Positions 1-7,824 of a stretch of 64,000 nucleotides of DNA are shown piece after piece. Origin of the DNA: Pseudomonadota bacterium (GTDB lineage: Bacteria > Desulfobacterota > Desulfovibrionia > Desulfovibrionales > Desulfomicrobiaceae); the NCBI GenBank assembly GCA_018902545.1, contig JAHIQM010000004.1:124882-188881 (forward strand), read 5' to 3'. The notes under the pieces were generated by a model. It saw nothing but the letters and a program-made list of their open reading frames with translations, was not told the origin of the DNA and made no database searches. Position 1 is the stretch's first letter. The number at the start of each line of letters is the position of its first letter. A program made the translations under genes and the position numbers.

Positions 1-2
1 AG

Positions 3-290
3 ATTCTGGCCCGGTTCGATCCGCAGTCTGAGAACGAGAAAAAGAACGTGCTCGACTTCGGTCTTGATCTCAACCAGATCCTGACCACGGACACCCTCAT
101 CCGCGACGACAACGTCTTTTTCGCGGCCACGGGCATCTCCGGCGGCACATTCCTGGGCGGGGTGACCTACACCGGCAACGGCGCAACCACCCACTCCCTG
201 GTCCTGCGCGGCAAGACCGGCACCATCCGTCGCATCACCTCCACCCACCAGTGGGACAAGCTGATGCGCTTCTCGTCAATAAAGTACTAG
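3..290 (+). CDS. glpX: Class II fructose-1,6-bisphosphatase GlpX, C-terminal part (gene begins upstream of window)
   Basis: Open frame from position 3; FFAATGISGGTFLGGV and THSLVLRGKTGTIRRI match the GlpX C-terminus. Confidence 0.85.
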   Translation: MLARFDPQSENEKKNVLDFGLDLNQILTTDTLIRDDNVFFAATGISGGTFLGGVTYTGNGATTHSLVLRGKTGTIRRITSTHQWDKLMRFSSIKY

Positions 291-312
291 CCAGACAAGC
301 TCACAAAACATC

Positions 313-355
313 AAGCGCCTCCCGCCGAAGCTCGGCCGGAGGCGCTTTTTCGTTT
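313..355 (+). terminator. Intrinsic terminator after glpX
   Basis: aagcgcctcc ... ggaggcgctt stem followed by a T-tract. Confidence 0.75.
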
Positions 356-423
356 CATAATAGTCAAATTGCTCCTACTTCCCTACGCCCGCTGCATACG
401 ACAAAATCGCAACGAAGCTCAAG

Positions 424-597
424 GTCCGGTACCGTCATGGTCTTGGGGCCCGTCGGCTGTCTGACTGAACCAGGCATCGTTTGTTGAATCGTTGCCTATG
501 CGCACGCCCGCTTTCCCGTCCTGCACGCAACGATTCAACTCTACGAGGCCCGAGAAGGAGTTCCGGCGGGTCCCAAGACCATGACGGCACCGGGCCG
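424..597. ncRNA. Rod-like structured RNA candidate (6S-like architecture), unassigned
   Basis: 29-bp terminal inverted repeat (424-452 with ~569-597), internal 13-bp perfect IR gttgaatcgttgc/gcaacgattcaac and an asymmetric internal region; intergenic and ~175 nt. Confidence 0.45.
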
Positions 598-639
598 CTT
601 TCCGCAACGTGATTTCTTCCCTGCCAACATCAGGAAGTC

Positions 640-1173
640 CTAAAGCCCCCTGCTCTCAAACCAGCGGAAAACCCCAAGCACAACAGCGATAAACACGATT
701 ATCACGACCCACGGTGAGACACCCAGGGCCTCGGGCAACCCGATCTTGCCGAAGTCCGCCCAGGCGAGAACAGTGCTCTTGAAAAAGGGATACAGCTCCG
801 CGTAGATGGCCGCACCTGCAACCATCCCGGCGATGGCGAAGATGGCGTGCCAGCGTCCTTCGCCCAGGGCCCCCACGGAGGTTCCCGGGCAGTAGCCCAT
901 GACCGCCCAGCCCGCGCCGAACAGGGCTCCGCCGACGAGGATAGCGCCCACGTTCATGGGCTTGTGGCTCATGGTGATGATACCCGCGTTGGACAGGATG
1001 GCCACCCCAATCATGCCCACCATGACGGCCGAGAGCATGAACTTCAAAATGGTCATGTCTTTCAGCAGCATGGCCCCGATCTGCTTCTCGAAGCGCAGCA
1101 CCCGCCCCTTTTGCAACAGGAAGCCGAAAAGAATGCCGGTGACCAGTCCCAGAATCTGATCCGTGCCCATCAT
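640..1173 (-). CDS. YeeE/YedE (sulfur/thiosulfate transport family) membrane protein
   Basis: 177 aa, hydrophobic; GILFGFLLQKG and GALFGAGWAVMGYCPGT motifs. Confidence 0.85.
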   Translation of the reverse strand: MMGTDQILGLVTGILFGFLLQKGRVLRFEKQIGAMLLKDMTILKFMLSAVMVGMIGVAILSNAGIITMSHKPMNVGAILVGGALFGAGWAVMGYCPGTSVGALGEGRWHAIFAIAGMVAGAAIYAELYPFFKSTVLAWADFGKIGLPEALGVSPWVVIIVFIAVVLGVFRWFESRGL

Positions 1174-1712
1174 GACCTCCTTCCATAAATGAAAGCCGCC
1201 ACGACTATGCCGACGGCAAAGAACATGGTCAGGGCAACCAGGCCGCTGACGGAAAGCTGCATCATGCCGCTCAGGCCGTGCCCGCTGGGGCAGCCGTCCG
1301 CCATGCGCGCGCCGATCATGGCCACAATGCCGCCGAGAAAGGCACCGACGGCGCGTTTTCCTACAGACGGACCGAAACGCTTTGCCCAGATCGGGGGCAC
1401 GCTTTCGAGCTTGAAGCTCTTGTCCGTGGCGGAGGCGATGAGCGACCCGACAAATATCCCCAGCACCAGCATGAACTGCCAGTCGATCTTGATTTTTTGC
1501 TGGGTGAAATACTCATTGGCCTGCACGTGCTCGGGCACGATCTGCTGCTCGATGACGCCAGCGCCGCGCACGAAGGTGGTCGACGCCCCCAGATAGCTGG
1601 TTTTTCCGAGCCACGCGGTGGTGGCATAGGCCGAAAGGATGGCCAGCACACCGACCAGGGCTCCGGCAAGGTAAGGATTCCAACCACCGGAACCCTGTTT
1701 TTTCATTTGCAT
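1170..1712 (-). CDS. YeeE/YedE family membrane protein (partner of the downstream gene)
   Basis: WNPYLAGALVG and GARMADGCPSGHGLSG motifs; GGAGG RBS before ATG 1712; 4-nt overlap with next gene. Confidence 0.85.
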   Translation of the reverse strand: MQMKKQGSGGWNPYLAGALVGVLAILSAYATTAWLGKTSYLGASTTFVRGAGVIEQQIVPEHVQANEYFTQQKIKIDWQFMLVLGIFVGSLIASATDKSFKLESVPPIWAKRFGPSVGKRAVGAFLGGIVAMIGARMADGCPSGHGLSGMMQLSVSGLVALTMFFAVGIVVAAFIYGRRS

Positions 1713-2136
1713 ATGACAAACCTCCTGTTTGATATCCGCCACGATAGCGCAACAGAACAAGTCAACGCAAGCACATGCTGCAATGACGCAATATCTGGTT
1801 CAAGGTGATCCATATCTCGCAGCAAAAAACGTGTACATACAATTTTTTTGAAACGCAGCATTCACCACCAGCGCGCCCGAAGCACTGCTGGTGAGCAGGT
1901 TAATACGGATCAAATTGGTCCAAAATGCACTTCGCGCCCCCCCCTTGAACGGAAGAGACAACCACTATCACAGAGCCTGGCCTGCCAGGGCAATTCCAAG
2001 ACCGGGTCACCCCGGCGCAGCCACCGTGTGTGCTTTGGGGCTTAAGGCGTGTCCATCATGTGCTCTGACCCTGCTTGGCCCTTTTCATGCCACCAAATCA
2101 CTTGATTGTTCCATATTTCACATGTTAGCCTTTTTT

Positions 2137-2289
2137 ATGAAAATGACCTTTATCACTTTGTCAGTACTTATTTTTTTGTCTGGGATCGTCTTGCTGACTG
2201 TGGCAACCCGCAGATTTGGCAAACCCAATCGCAACATTGATGTCAGCTTTGATGAGTTGAAAAATATGGAACTCAGGAATAGGAAATAA
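2137..2289 (+). CDS. Possible small single-pass membrane protein
   Basis: MKMTFITLSVLIFLSGIVLLTVA hydrophobic stretch then a charged tail; no clear RBS. Confidence 0.25.
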   Translation: MKMTFITLSVLIFLSGIVLLTVATRRFGKPNRNIDVSFDELKNMELRNRK

Positions 2290-2383
2290 TAGCCGCTGAC
2301 CTGAACAGAGGCCGCCCCTTTTGCAAAAAGTCGCGCATCAAGGGTTACACTGCGCGAACCAAAAAATGTTTCGGAGCGCTCTC

Positions 2384-2887
2384 ATGGAAGACATCATCCT
2401 GCGGCCCATCGGCATCATCCGCTCCCCTTTCACCGACCGCTCCAACATGCCCATTCAACCCTGCGGAGCCCGGGATGTCACCGGGCGGGTAGAAATCGAT
2501 GCATCCCTGACCCCCGGCCTCAAGGACCTTGCCGGGTTTTCCCATATCTATCTGCTCTACCACTTCCACATGAGCCAGGGGTTCGACCTGACCGTGGTCC
2601 CGTTCATGGACCCGGCCAGTCGCGGCCTCTTTTCGACCCGCGCCCCCAGACGGCCCAACCAGATCGGCTTGTCCATCGTGCGTCTGGAACGGATAGAGGG
2701 AAATGTGCTGCACATTCTGGACGTGGACGTTCTCGACGGCACCCCTCTTCTAGACATCAAGCCCTACTTCAGAACTTTCGACGCCTTTCCCGAGGCCGTG
2801 TCGGGATGGGCCGAATCCCAGCAAGCCCAGGCGGACCAGGTCCGCTCGGATGAACGCTTCGTCAAGCCCTCAGCACAGCCCGAATAA
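2384..2887 (+). CDS. trmO: tRNA m6t6A37 methyltransferase TrmO (TsaA)
   Basis: LRPIGIIRSPF, GLFSTRAPRRPNQIGLSIV and DGTPLLDIKPY motifs. Confidence 0.9.
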   Translation: MEDIILRPIGIIRSPFTDRSNMPIQPCGARDVTGRVEIDASLTPGLKDLAGFSHIYLLYHFHMSQGFDLTVVPFMDPASRGLFSTRAPRRPNQIGLSIVRLERIEGNVLHILDVDVLDGTPLLDIKPYFRTFDAFPEAVSGWAESQQAQADQVRSDERFVKPSAQPE

Positions 2888-2920
2888 CTGTCCGCAGTGG
2901 TCGTCAGGCTGTAAATCATC

Positions 2921-2950
2921 TTGACACAGACGCGGCGAAAGCAATATTTT
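2921..2950 (+). promoter_or_regulatory. Sigma70-type promoter for riboswitch 1
   Basis: TTGACA (2921-2926), 18 nt, TATTTT; predicted start falls at the 5' end of the aptamer. Confidence 0.55.
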
Positions 2951-2956
2951 AGCAAA

Positions 2957-3081
2957 TGAAGGGGAGTAGCTCCCAGAGACAAGGTCAACAACACTGGCGC
3001 TAAAACCGCTTGGCCTTGTTGTCGGATTCCACCGATGAGCAAGACCTTCAGCATGACAATCCATGCTGGAGGTCTTTTTTT
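2957..3081 (+). ncRNA. yybP-ykoY (Mn2+) riboswitch with overlapping intrinsic terminator, copy 1
   Basis: tgaaggggagtagc ... ggtcaacaacac ... gagcaagaccttca; terminator agaccttcagcatg/catgctggaggtct plus T7 overlaps P1. Confidence 0.9.
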
Positions 3082-3112
3082 GGCCTCCGCAAAACCCGAG
3101 GAGGTACGCCAC

Positions 3113-3268
3113 ATGTCCCAAGAGCAAGCCGAGAAGAAAAATCCTGCACTCCGTCACTACGGCAGCATTCGAGTGGGCCCCGCCGGCCATAACGAGGAGT
3201 GGTATCTGGGCCACCTTTGGGCCCGGCCAATACCGCTCTGTGCACGACACTCGCTGCTTCATATCTGA
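3113..3268 (+). CDS. 51-aa ORF directly after riboswitch 1 (small protein or truncated remnant)
   Basis: Strong RBS GAGGAGG before ATG; no recognisable family. Confidence 0.45.
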   Translation: MSQEQAEKKNPALRHYGSIRVGPAGHNEEWYLGHLWARPIPLCARHSLLHI

Positions 3269-3304
3269 TTCGTTGGAATTTTTATAACAGGAAGAGTAAC
3301 CTTC

Positions 3305-4282
3305 ATGCTGCTGCCAATCATTGCCATCGTTTTCGGCCTGCTTATGCTTGTGTGGAGCGCGGACCGCTTCATCGATGGCGCATCCGCCACCGCTCGCCAT
3401 TACCACATGCCCCCCCTGCTCATCGGCATGGTCATCGTCGGATTCGGCACATCCGCTCCCGAAATGGTGGTTTCGGCCCTGGCCTCCATGCAGGGCAACC
3501 CAGGCATTGCCGTGGGGAACGCTTATGGCTCCAACATCACGAACATAGCGCTCATCCTGGGCGTGACCGCGATGATGAGGCCGATGGCGGTGCATTCACG
3601 CGTGCTGCGCATGGAACTGCCGATGCTCACCGGCATAACGCTGTTGGCGGGCTATCAACTGCTGGATGACGAGATCTCGCGTCTTGATGCCGTAATCCTG
3701 CTCTTGGTCTTCGCGACGCTCATGTTCTGGACGATCCGTCAAGGAATGCGCAAGAAGACAGACGCGCTTGGTATTGAAATCGAGCAGGAAATGGCGGACG
3801 GCGTGATGCCGCTGCGAAAGGCGGTGTTCTGGCTGGTTGTCGGACTGTGTCTGCTCGTAGCCAGTTCACGGATTCTGGTGTGGGGAGCCGTGGAAATCGC
3901 CCACGCCATGGGAGTCAGCGACCTGATCATCGGTTTGACCATCGTGGCGCTCGGCACCTCGCTGCCGGAGCTGGCTTCTTCTATCCTTGCCGCCCGCAAA
4001 GGCGAACACGACATCGCCCTGGGCAACATCCTTGGGTCCAACCTGTTCAATACCCTGGCGGTAGTCGGGATCGCCGGGAGCATTTCTCCCATGACGGTAG
4101 CCCCGGAAGTCTTCTCGCGCGACATCATGACCATGACGGTCTTGACCGCGTCACTGTTCATCTTCGGCTATGGCTTTCGCAAGCCGGGATCAGGCAGGAT
4201 CAACCGCTTCGAGGGAACGCTCCTGCTGGCCGGCTACATCGGATACAACGCCTACCTGGCGCGCAGCGCCTTTGCCGGGTGA
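3305..4282 (+). CDS. Ca2+/Na+ antiporter (CaCA, YrbG-like), paralog 1
   Basis: Two alpha repeats GFGTSAPE and ALGTSLPE; GNAYGSNITN and GNILGSNLFN. Confidence 0.92.
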   Translation: MLLPIIAIVFGLLMLVWSADRFIDGASATARHYHMPPLLIGMVIVGFGTSAPEMVVSALASMQGNPGIAVGNAYGSNITNIALILGVTAMMRPMAVHSRVLRMELPMLTGITLLAGYQLLDDEISRLDAVILLLVFATLMFWTIRQGMRKKTDALGIEIEQEMADGVMPLRKAVFWLVVGLCLLVASSRILVWGAVEIAHAMGVSDLIIGLTIVALGTSLPELASSILAARKGEHDIALGNILGSNLFNTLAVVGIAGSISPMTVAPEVFSRDIMTMTVLTASLFIFGYGFRKPGSGRINRFEGTLLLAGYIGYNAYLARSAFAG

Positions 4283-4439
4283 TGGCGGAAACCCGCTGCC
4301 GGAGACAATTTCCGGCTCCCGTGCGCCATACGGAACAAAGCTGTGACCTGAACTCACACCGACTGGAACTCGCCCGGTGACGAACCTTGGGAACATAGCC
4401 CAAGCGGCTCAGCACGAGCCCGGTCAGGTGCCGGGCTCC

Positions 4440-4638
4440 GCCGGCTTCGTCATAGATGCCGTACAGCTTGCCGGCATTGCCGCCACCGTCGGAGAGCACA
4501 GGGAACGGCACGGTTTTGGCCGTGATCATTTTGACAACTCGTCATCGGCCCACATCTTGTGTACAAACATGCTATCTGTGCTCATAGACAGGGCCTGTAC
4601 CCCATCTTGGAGAATTCATCATGCTTCTCGGCGACCTC
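4440..4638 (-). pseudogene. Internal fragment of a PrxU-type (AhpC/TSA) peroxiredoxin, two frameshifts
   Basis: Reconstructed EVAEKHDEFSKMG/VQALSMSTDSMFVHKMWADDELSK/MITAKTVPFPVLSDGGGNAGKLYGIYDEAGG; catalytic N-terminus absent. Confidence 0.7.
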
Positions 4639-4743
4639 AACATTTTGCAAATGATTTATTCCAAATAATCTGAAATATGCATGGATTAATGCAGACAGTT
4701 CCCGCGCTGAGCAAAGGTCACAAATGAATTTAGGAGAAAATGA

Positions 4744-6075
4744 ATGGATATCGCTCTATTAGCATTCCTCATTGTACTCAACGGCGTGTTCGCCATGTCG
4801 GAGATAGCCCTAGTGACAGCGCGGAAAAGCCGCCTTCAGCGAATGGCTGATGACGGCGACAAGTCCGCTGTTGTCGCCATGCGTCTGGGGGAAGACCCCA
4901 CGCAATTTCTCTCCACTGTCCAAATCGGGATCACCGCCATCGGCATCATGAACGGCATCGTGGGTGAAGCTGCGCTGGCTGGCCCTCTTGCCGGCGTGCT
5001 CACCCAACTTGGCCTTGACGGACAAACCAGTTCGATAACGGCAACCACCCTTGTCGTAGTGGTCATCACATACTTTACCATTGTTGTTGGCGAGTTGGTG
5101 CCGAAAAGAATTGGCCAATTCCATGCGGAGGGCATCGCAACTTTTATGGCCAAACCAATCTCGTTGCTGGCCGCCATATCACGCCCGTTTGTCTTCCTGC
5201 TCTCCATTTCCACTGACGGTCTGTTGCGACTTCTGGGGAAAAAGGAATTGGGCAGCGCCAACCTCACGGAAGAAGATATCCACTCCATGCTGGCCGAAGG
5301 ATCGCAAGCGGGGCTGATTGAAAAGCAAGAGCATGAAATAATGCGCAATGTGTTCCGTCTGGATGATCGTCAAATCGCATCGCTGATGACGCCACGTAGC
5401 GAAATTATCTATCTTGACATAGACAAACCTTTGGAAAGCAGTCTGGAAAATCTGATGAATTCTGACCATTCAAGATATCCGGTTTGCCGTGGCGGATTAC
5501 ACGAAACTATTGGGATCATTACCGCAAAGAGATTGCTCAAACAACGTATCAGAGGTGAATCAAACAGCATTCAAGACTATCTCCAGCCCGCTATTTTTGT
5601 GCCGGAAACTCTTACAGGAATAAAATTGCTGGAGCAATTCCGCGAATCGGGCGTTCAGATGGTTTTTGTCATAGACGAATATGGAGAAATATTGGGTCTC
5701 ATTACACTTCAGGATGTTATTGAAGTGCTCACAGGAGAGTTCAAACCACGCGACCCTGAAGATGTATGGGGTGTTCAGCGCCAAGATGGGTCATGGATTC
5801 TTGACGGCCTCATTCCTATCCCAGAACTCAAGGATCGACTCAATTTGAAAACCGTGCCCGAAGAGCACAAAGCACGGTACAACACGTTGAGCGGCATGAT
5901 GATGTGGCTTATCGGCAGCGTTCCTCGCACGTGTGATGTGGCCGAGTGGGAAGGATGGAGGCTTGAAGTCATCGATCTGGACGGCAACAGGGTCGACAAG
6001 GTTCTAGCCAGCAGTTTAAAAAATTCAGAAACTCATAGTGAAGCATTGAAACCTGAACAAAAAGAATGCACTTAA
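4744..6075 (+). CDS. HlyC/CorC family transporter (CNNM-CBS-CorC domains)
   Basis: LNGVFAMSEIALV, STVQIGIT, VGELVPK, HSRYPV, DEYGEILGLITLQD motifs. Confidence 0.92.
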   Translation: MDIALLAFLIVLNGVFAMSEIALVTARKSRLQRMADDGDKSAVVAMRLGEDPTQFLSTVQIGITAIGIMNGIVGEAALAGPLAGVLTQLGLDGQTSSITATTLVVVVITYFTIVVGELVPKRIGQFHAEGIATFMAKPISLLAAISRPFVFLLSISTDGLLRLLGKKELGSANLTEEDIHSMLAEGSQAGLIEKQEHEIMRNVFRLDDRQIASLMTPRSEIIYLDIDKPLESSLENLMNSDHSRYPVCRGGLHETIGIITAKRLLKQRIRGESNSIQDYLQPAIFVPETLTGIKLLEQFRESGVQMVFVIDEYGEILGLITLQDVIEVLTGEFKPRDPEDVWGVQRQDGSWILDGLIPIPELKDRLNLKTVPEEHKARYNTLSGMMMWLIGSVPRTCDVAEWEGWRLEVIDLDGNRVDKVLASSLKNSETHSEALKPEQKECT

Positions 6076-6084
6076 TATATCATT

Positions 6085-6705
6085 TTATTTTTTGAAGTAT
6101 TTTCTTTCATAAGCCATGCAAGCCAAGGCGAGAAGCAAGAGGATAAGACCAAGTACAACGACTATTGCACGAGTTCCAAGCCATTGAATGAAAAAGAACG
6201 AAACAGCTATGGCGCCGGAAATGCTTCCCAAAGTCGAGATTGCATAAACACGACCAGCAGTTCGGCCTATTTCATCCAGTCCAGTGGCGCTCAACTTGAT
6301 CACGAAAGGAGAAACCATCCCCATGAGCACCGACGGCACCAAGAAAAACAGCATGCTGATCAGGAGCACGGAAAACCGAAATTCAAGACCCAGATCCGCA
6401 ATGTACTTGCCGACCGGCAGATAGACTAGCGGAAGGACCAGAATGCAAACCGCAGCAGACGCCAGTATCTTGGCCAGCACCACCAGGCTCGGACGTTTGT
6501 CAGCCTGGATGCCTCCGAGCCAGTAGCCGATACTGAGGGCCAGCAGAAAGACGCTGATCAGGCTTCCCCAGACATAAACTGAATTTCCGAAATAAGGGGC
6601 CAGTATCCGACTGGCTACAATTTCCAGCCCAAGCAATACTCCACCGGACAGAAAAGCCACGCTGTAGGCGAGGAGATCAAGGGGACGTGGCATGTTATTT
6701 CTCAT
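6085..6705 (-). CDS. Membrane protein matching the transmembrane half of fused MFS/spermidine-synthase proteins
   Basis: GLEIVASRILAPYFGNSVYVWGSLISVFL and GRVYAISTLGSISG motifs. Confidence 0.8.
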   Translation of the reverse strand: MRNNMPRPLDLLAYSVAFLSGGVLLGLEIVASRILAPYFGNSVYVWGSLISVFLLALSIGYWLGGIQADKRPSLVVLAKILASAAVCILVLPLVYLPVGKYIADLGLEFRFSVLLISMLFFLVPSVLMGMVSPFVIKLSATGLDEIGRTAGRVYAISTLGSISGAIAVSFFFIQWLGTRAIVVVLGLILLLLALACMAYERKYFKK

Positions 6706-7603
6706 CTTTCAAAAGGTTTACCGGCGCGTGATCATCGGTCAAAATTTTCGTACTGGCAGGCCAAGTCGGATTTGACTCGAAAAGGTTGTCGAACATACCC
6801 TTCAAATCGAGACGTTCCGGCTTGCGCGCGACTTCCAACTCCACGATCCTGCTACGGACCTCCTCGGGAGAGGGCAGGTTGCTTGGCGCGGCCACAATAA
6901 TTCTGTTTGTCGACCACTTGCCTATATAATGATGAAAACCTCCGAAAACCGCGTGGTATGTTGCCGATTCACGATCGGCAAGGGCCTGATTGGTCCAGGT
7001 GTTTGAGCAGACTACGCCGCCCGGCGAGAGCCGCTCACGGACAATCTCCAGAAACTCGCGCGTAGTCAGATGGAAAGGAATATAGCCACCATGATAGGCG
7101 TCGAGTAAAATCACATCAAACTGCTCTGTCGTGCGTCGCAGCCAGCGACGGGCATCCTCCACCACAAGCTTCATCTTTGCGTCTTCCGCATAACCGAAAT
7201 ACTGCCTCGCCATTGCTACGATCTCGGGGTCGAATTCAACATTCGTGATTTCCGCATCGGGATAGATCATCCTGAGAGTGCGAGTGACAGTTCCGCCCCC
7301 AAGTCCTACCACGAGAATTTTTTTCGGCGCATCCACATAGCCCGACACCAGCATCATCATTCCCGTGTACTCATAAACATGTCGATACGGATCATTCAGA
7401 TCCATGGCACTCGACCTGTCCAACAGCGACCCAACATGCATCCTACGTATTCCATTAGCCTCAGAGATATAAATAGTCTGATACGGAGATTCCTTCTCAT
7501 GAATAATATCACCAGATGTCGGCAGCAGATACAAAGAAACAATTGATACTAAAAAAATAATTGCAACAAAAAATAAAACAAATCGCGTCAAATATTTTTT
7601 CAT
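6695..7603 (-). CDS. Spermidine synthase-like SAM-dependent transferase with N-terminal membrane anchor
   Basis: ESPYQTIYI, VVGLGGG, VEFDP, FDVILLDAY and ILTDDHAPV motifs. Confidence 0.85.
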   Translation of the reverse strand: MKKYLTRFVLFFVAIIFLVSIVSLYLLPTSGDIIHEKESPYQTIYISEANGIRRMHVGSLLDRSSAMDLNDPYRHVYEYTGMMMLVSGYVDAPKKILVVGLGGGTVTRTLRMIYPDAEITNVEFDPEIVAMARQYFGYAEDAKMKLVVEDARRWLRRTTEQFDVILLDAYHGGYIPFHLTTREFLEIVRERLSPGGVVCSNTWTNQALADRESATYHAVFGGFHHYIGKWSTNRIIVAAPSNLPSPEEVRSRIVELEVARKPERLDLKGMFDNLFESNPTWPASTKILTDDHAPVNLLKDEK

Positions 7604-7737
7604 CTCACACCATTTTAAATATCAAAGTTGTTCTGCGGCAAACGATGGGTAAGTATTCTTTCGTACGACAATTTAACACTTGGAACTGAAGAAGGATTCT
7701 TGATGTCCTCATCCTGAAAGTCCTGCCATTGCCCCTT

Positions 7738-7793
7738 TTTGACTTTCGAAGTGGTAAACGCGTTGCGCTCCCATGTCCAGCGAACCTGTCACC
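7738..7793. repeat. ~56-bp dispersed repeat, copy A (copy B at 46124-46180)
   Basis: Shared blocks tttgactttc, tggtaaacgcgttgc, cccatgtccagcgaacct in the same orientation. Confidence 0.75.
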
Positions 7794-7824
7794 AAGCCGC
7801 GTAGTCTGGCCGAACCGGACACAG

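Noticed and set aside
424-597. Retron msr-msd (long flanking inverted repeats)
   Set aside because: No reverse transcriptase nearby
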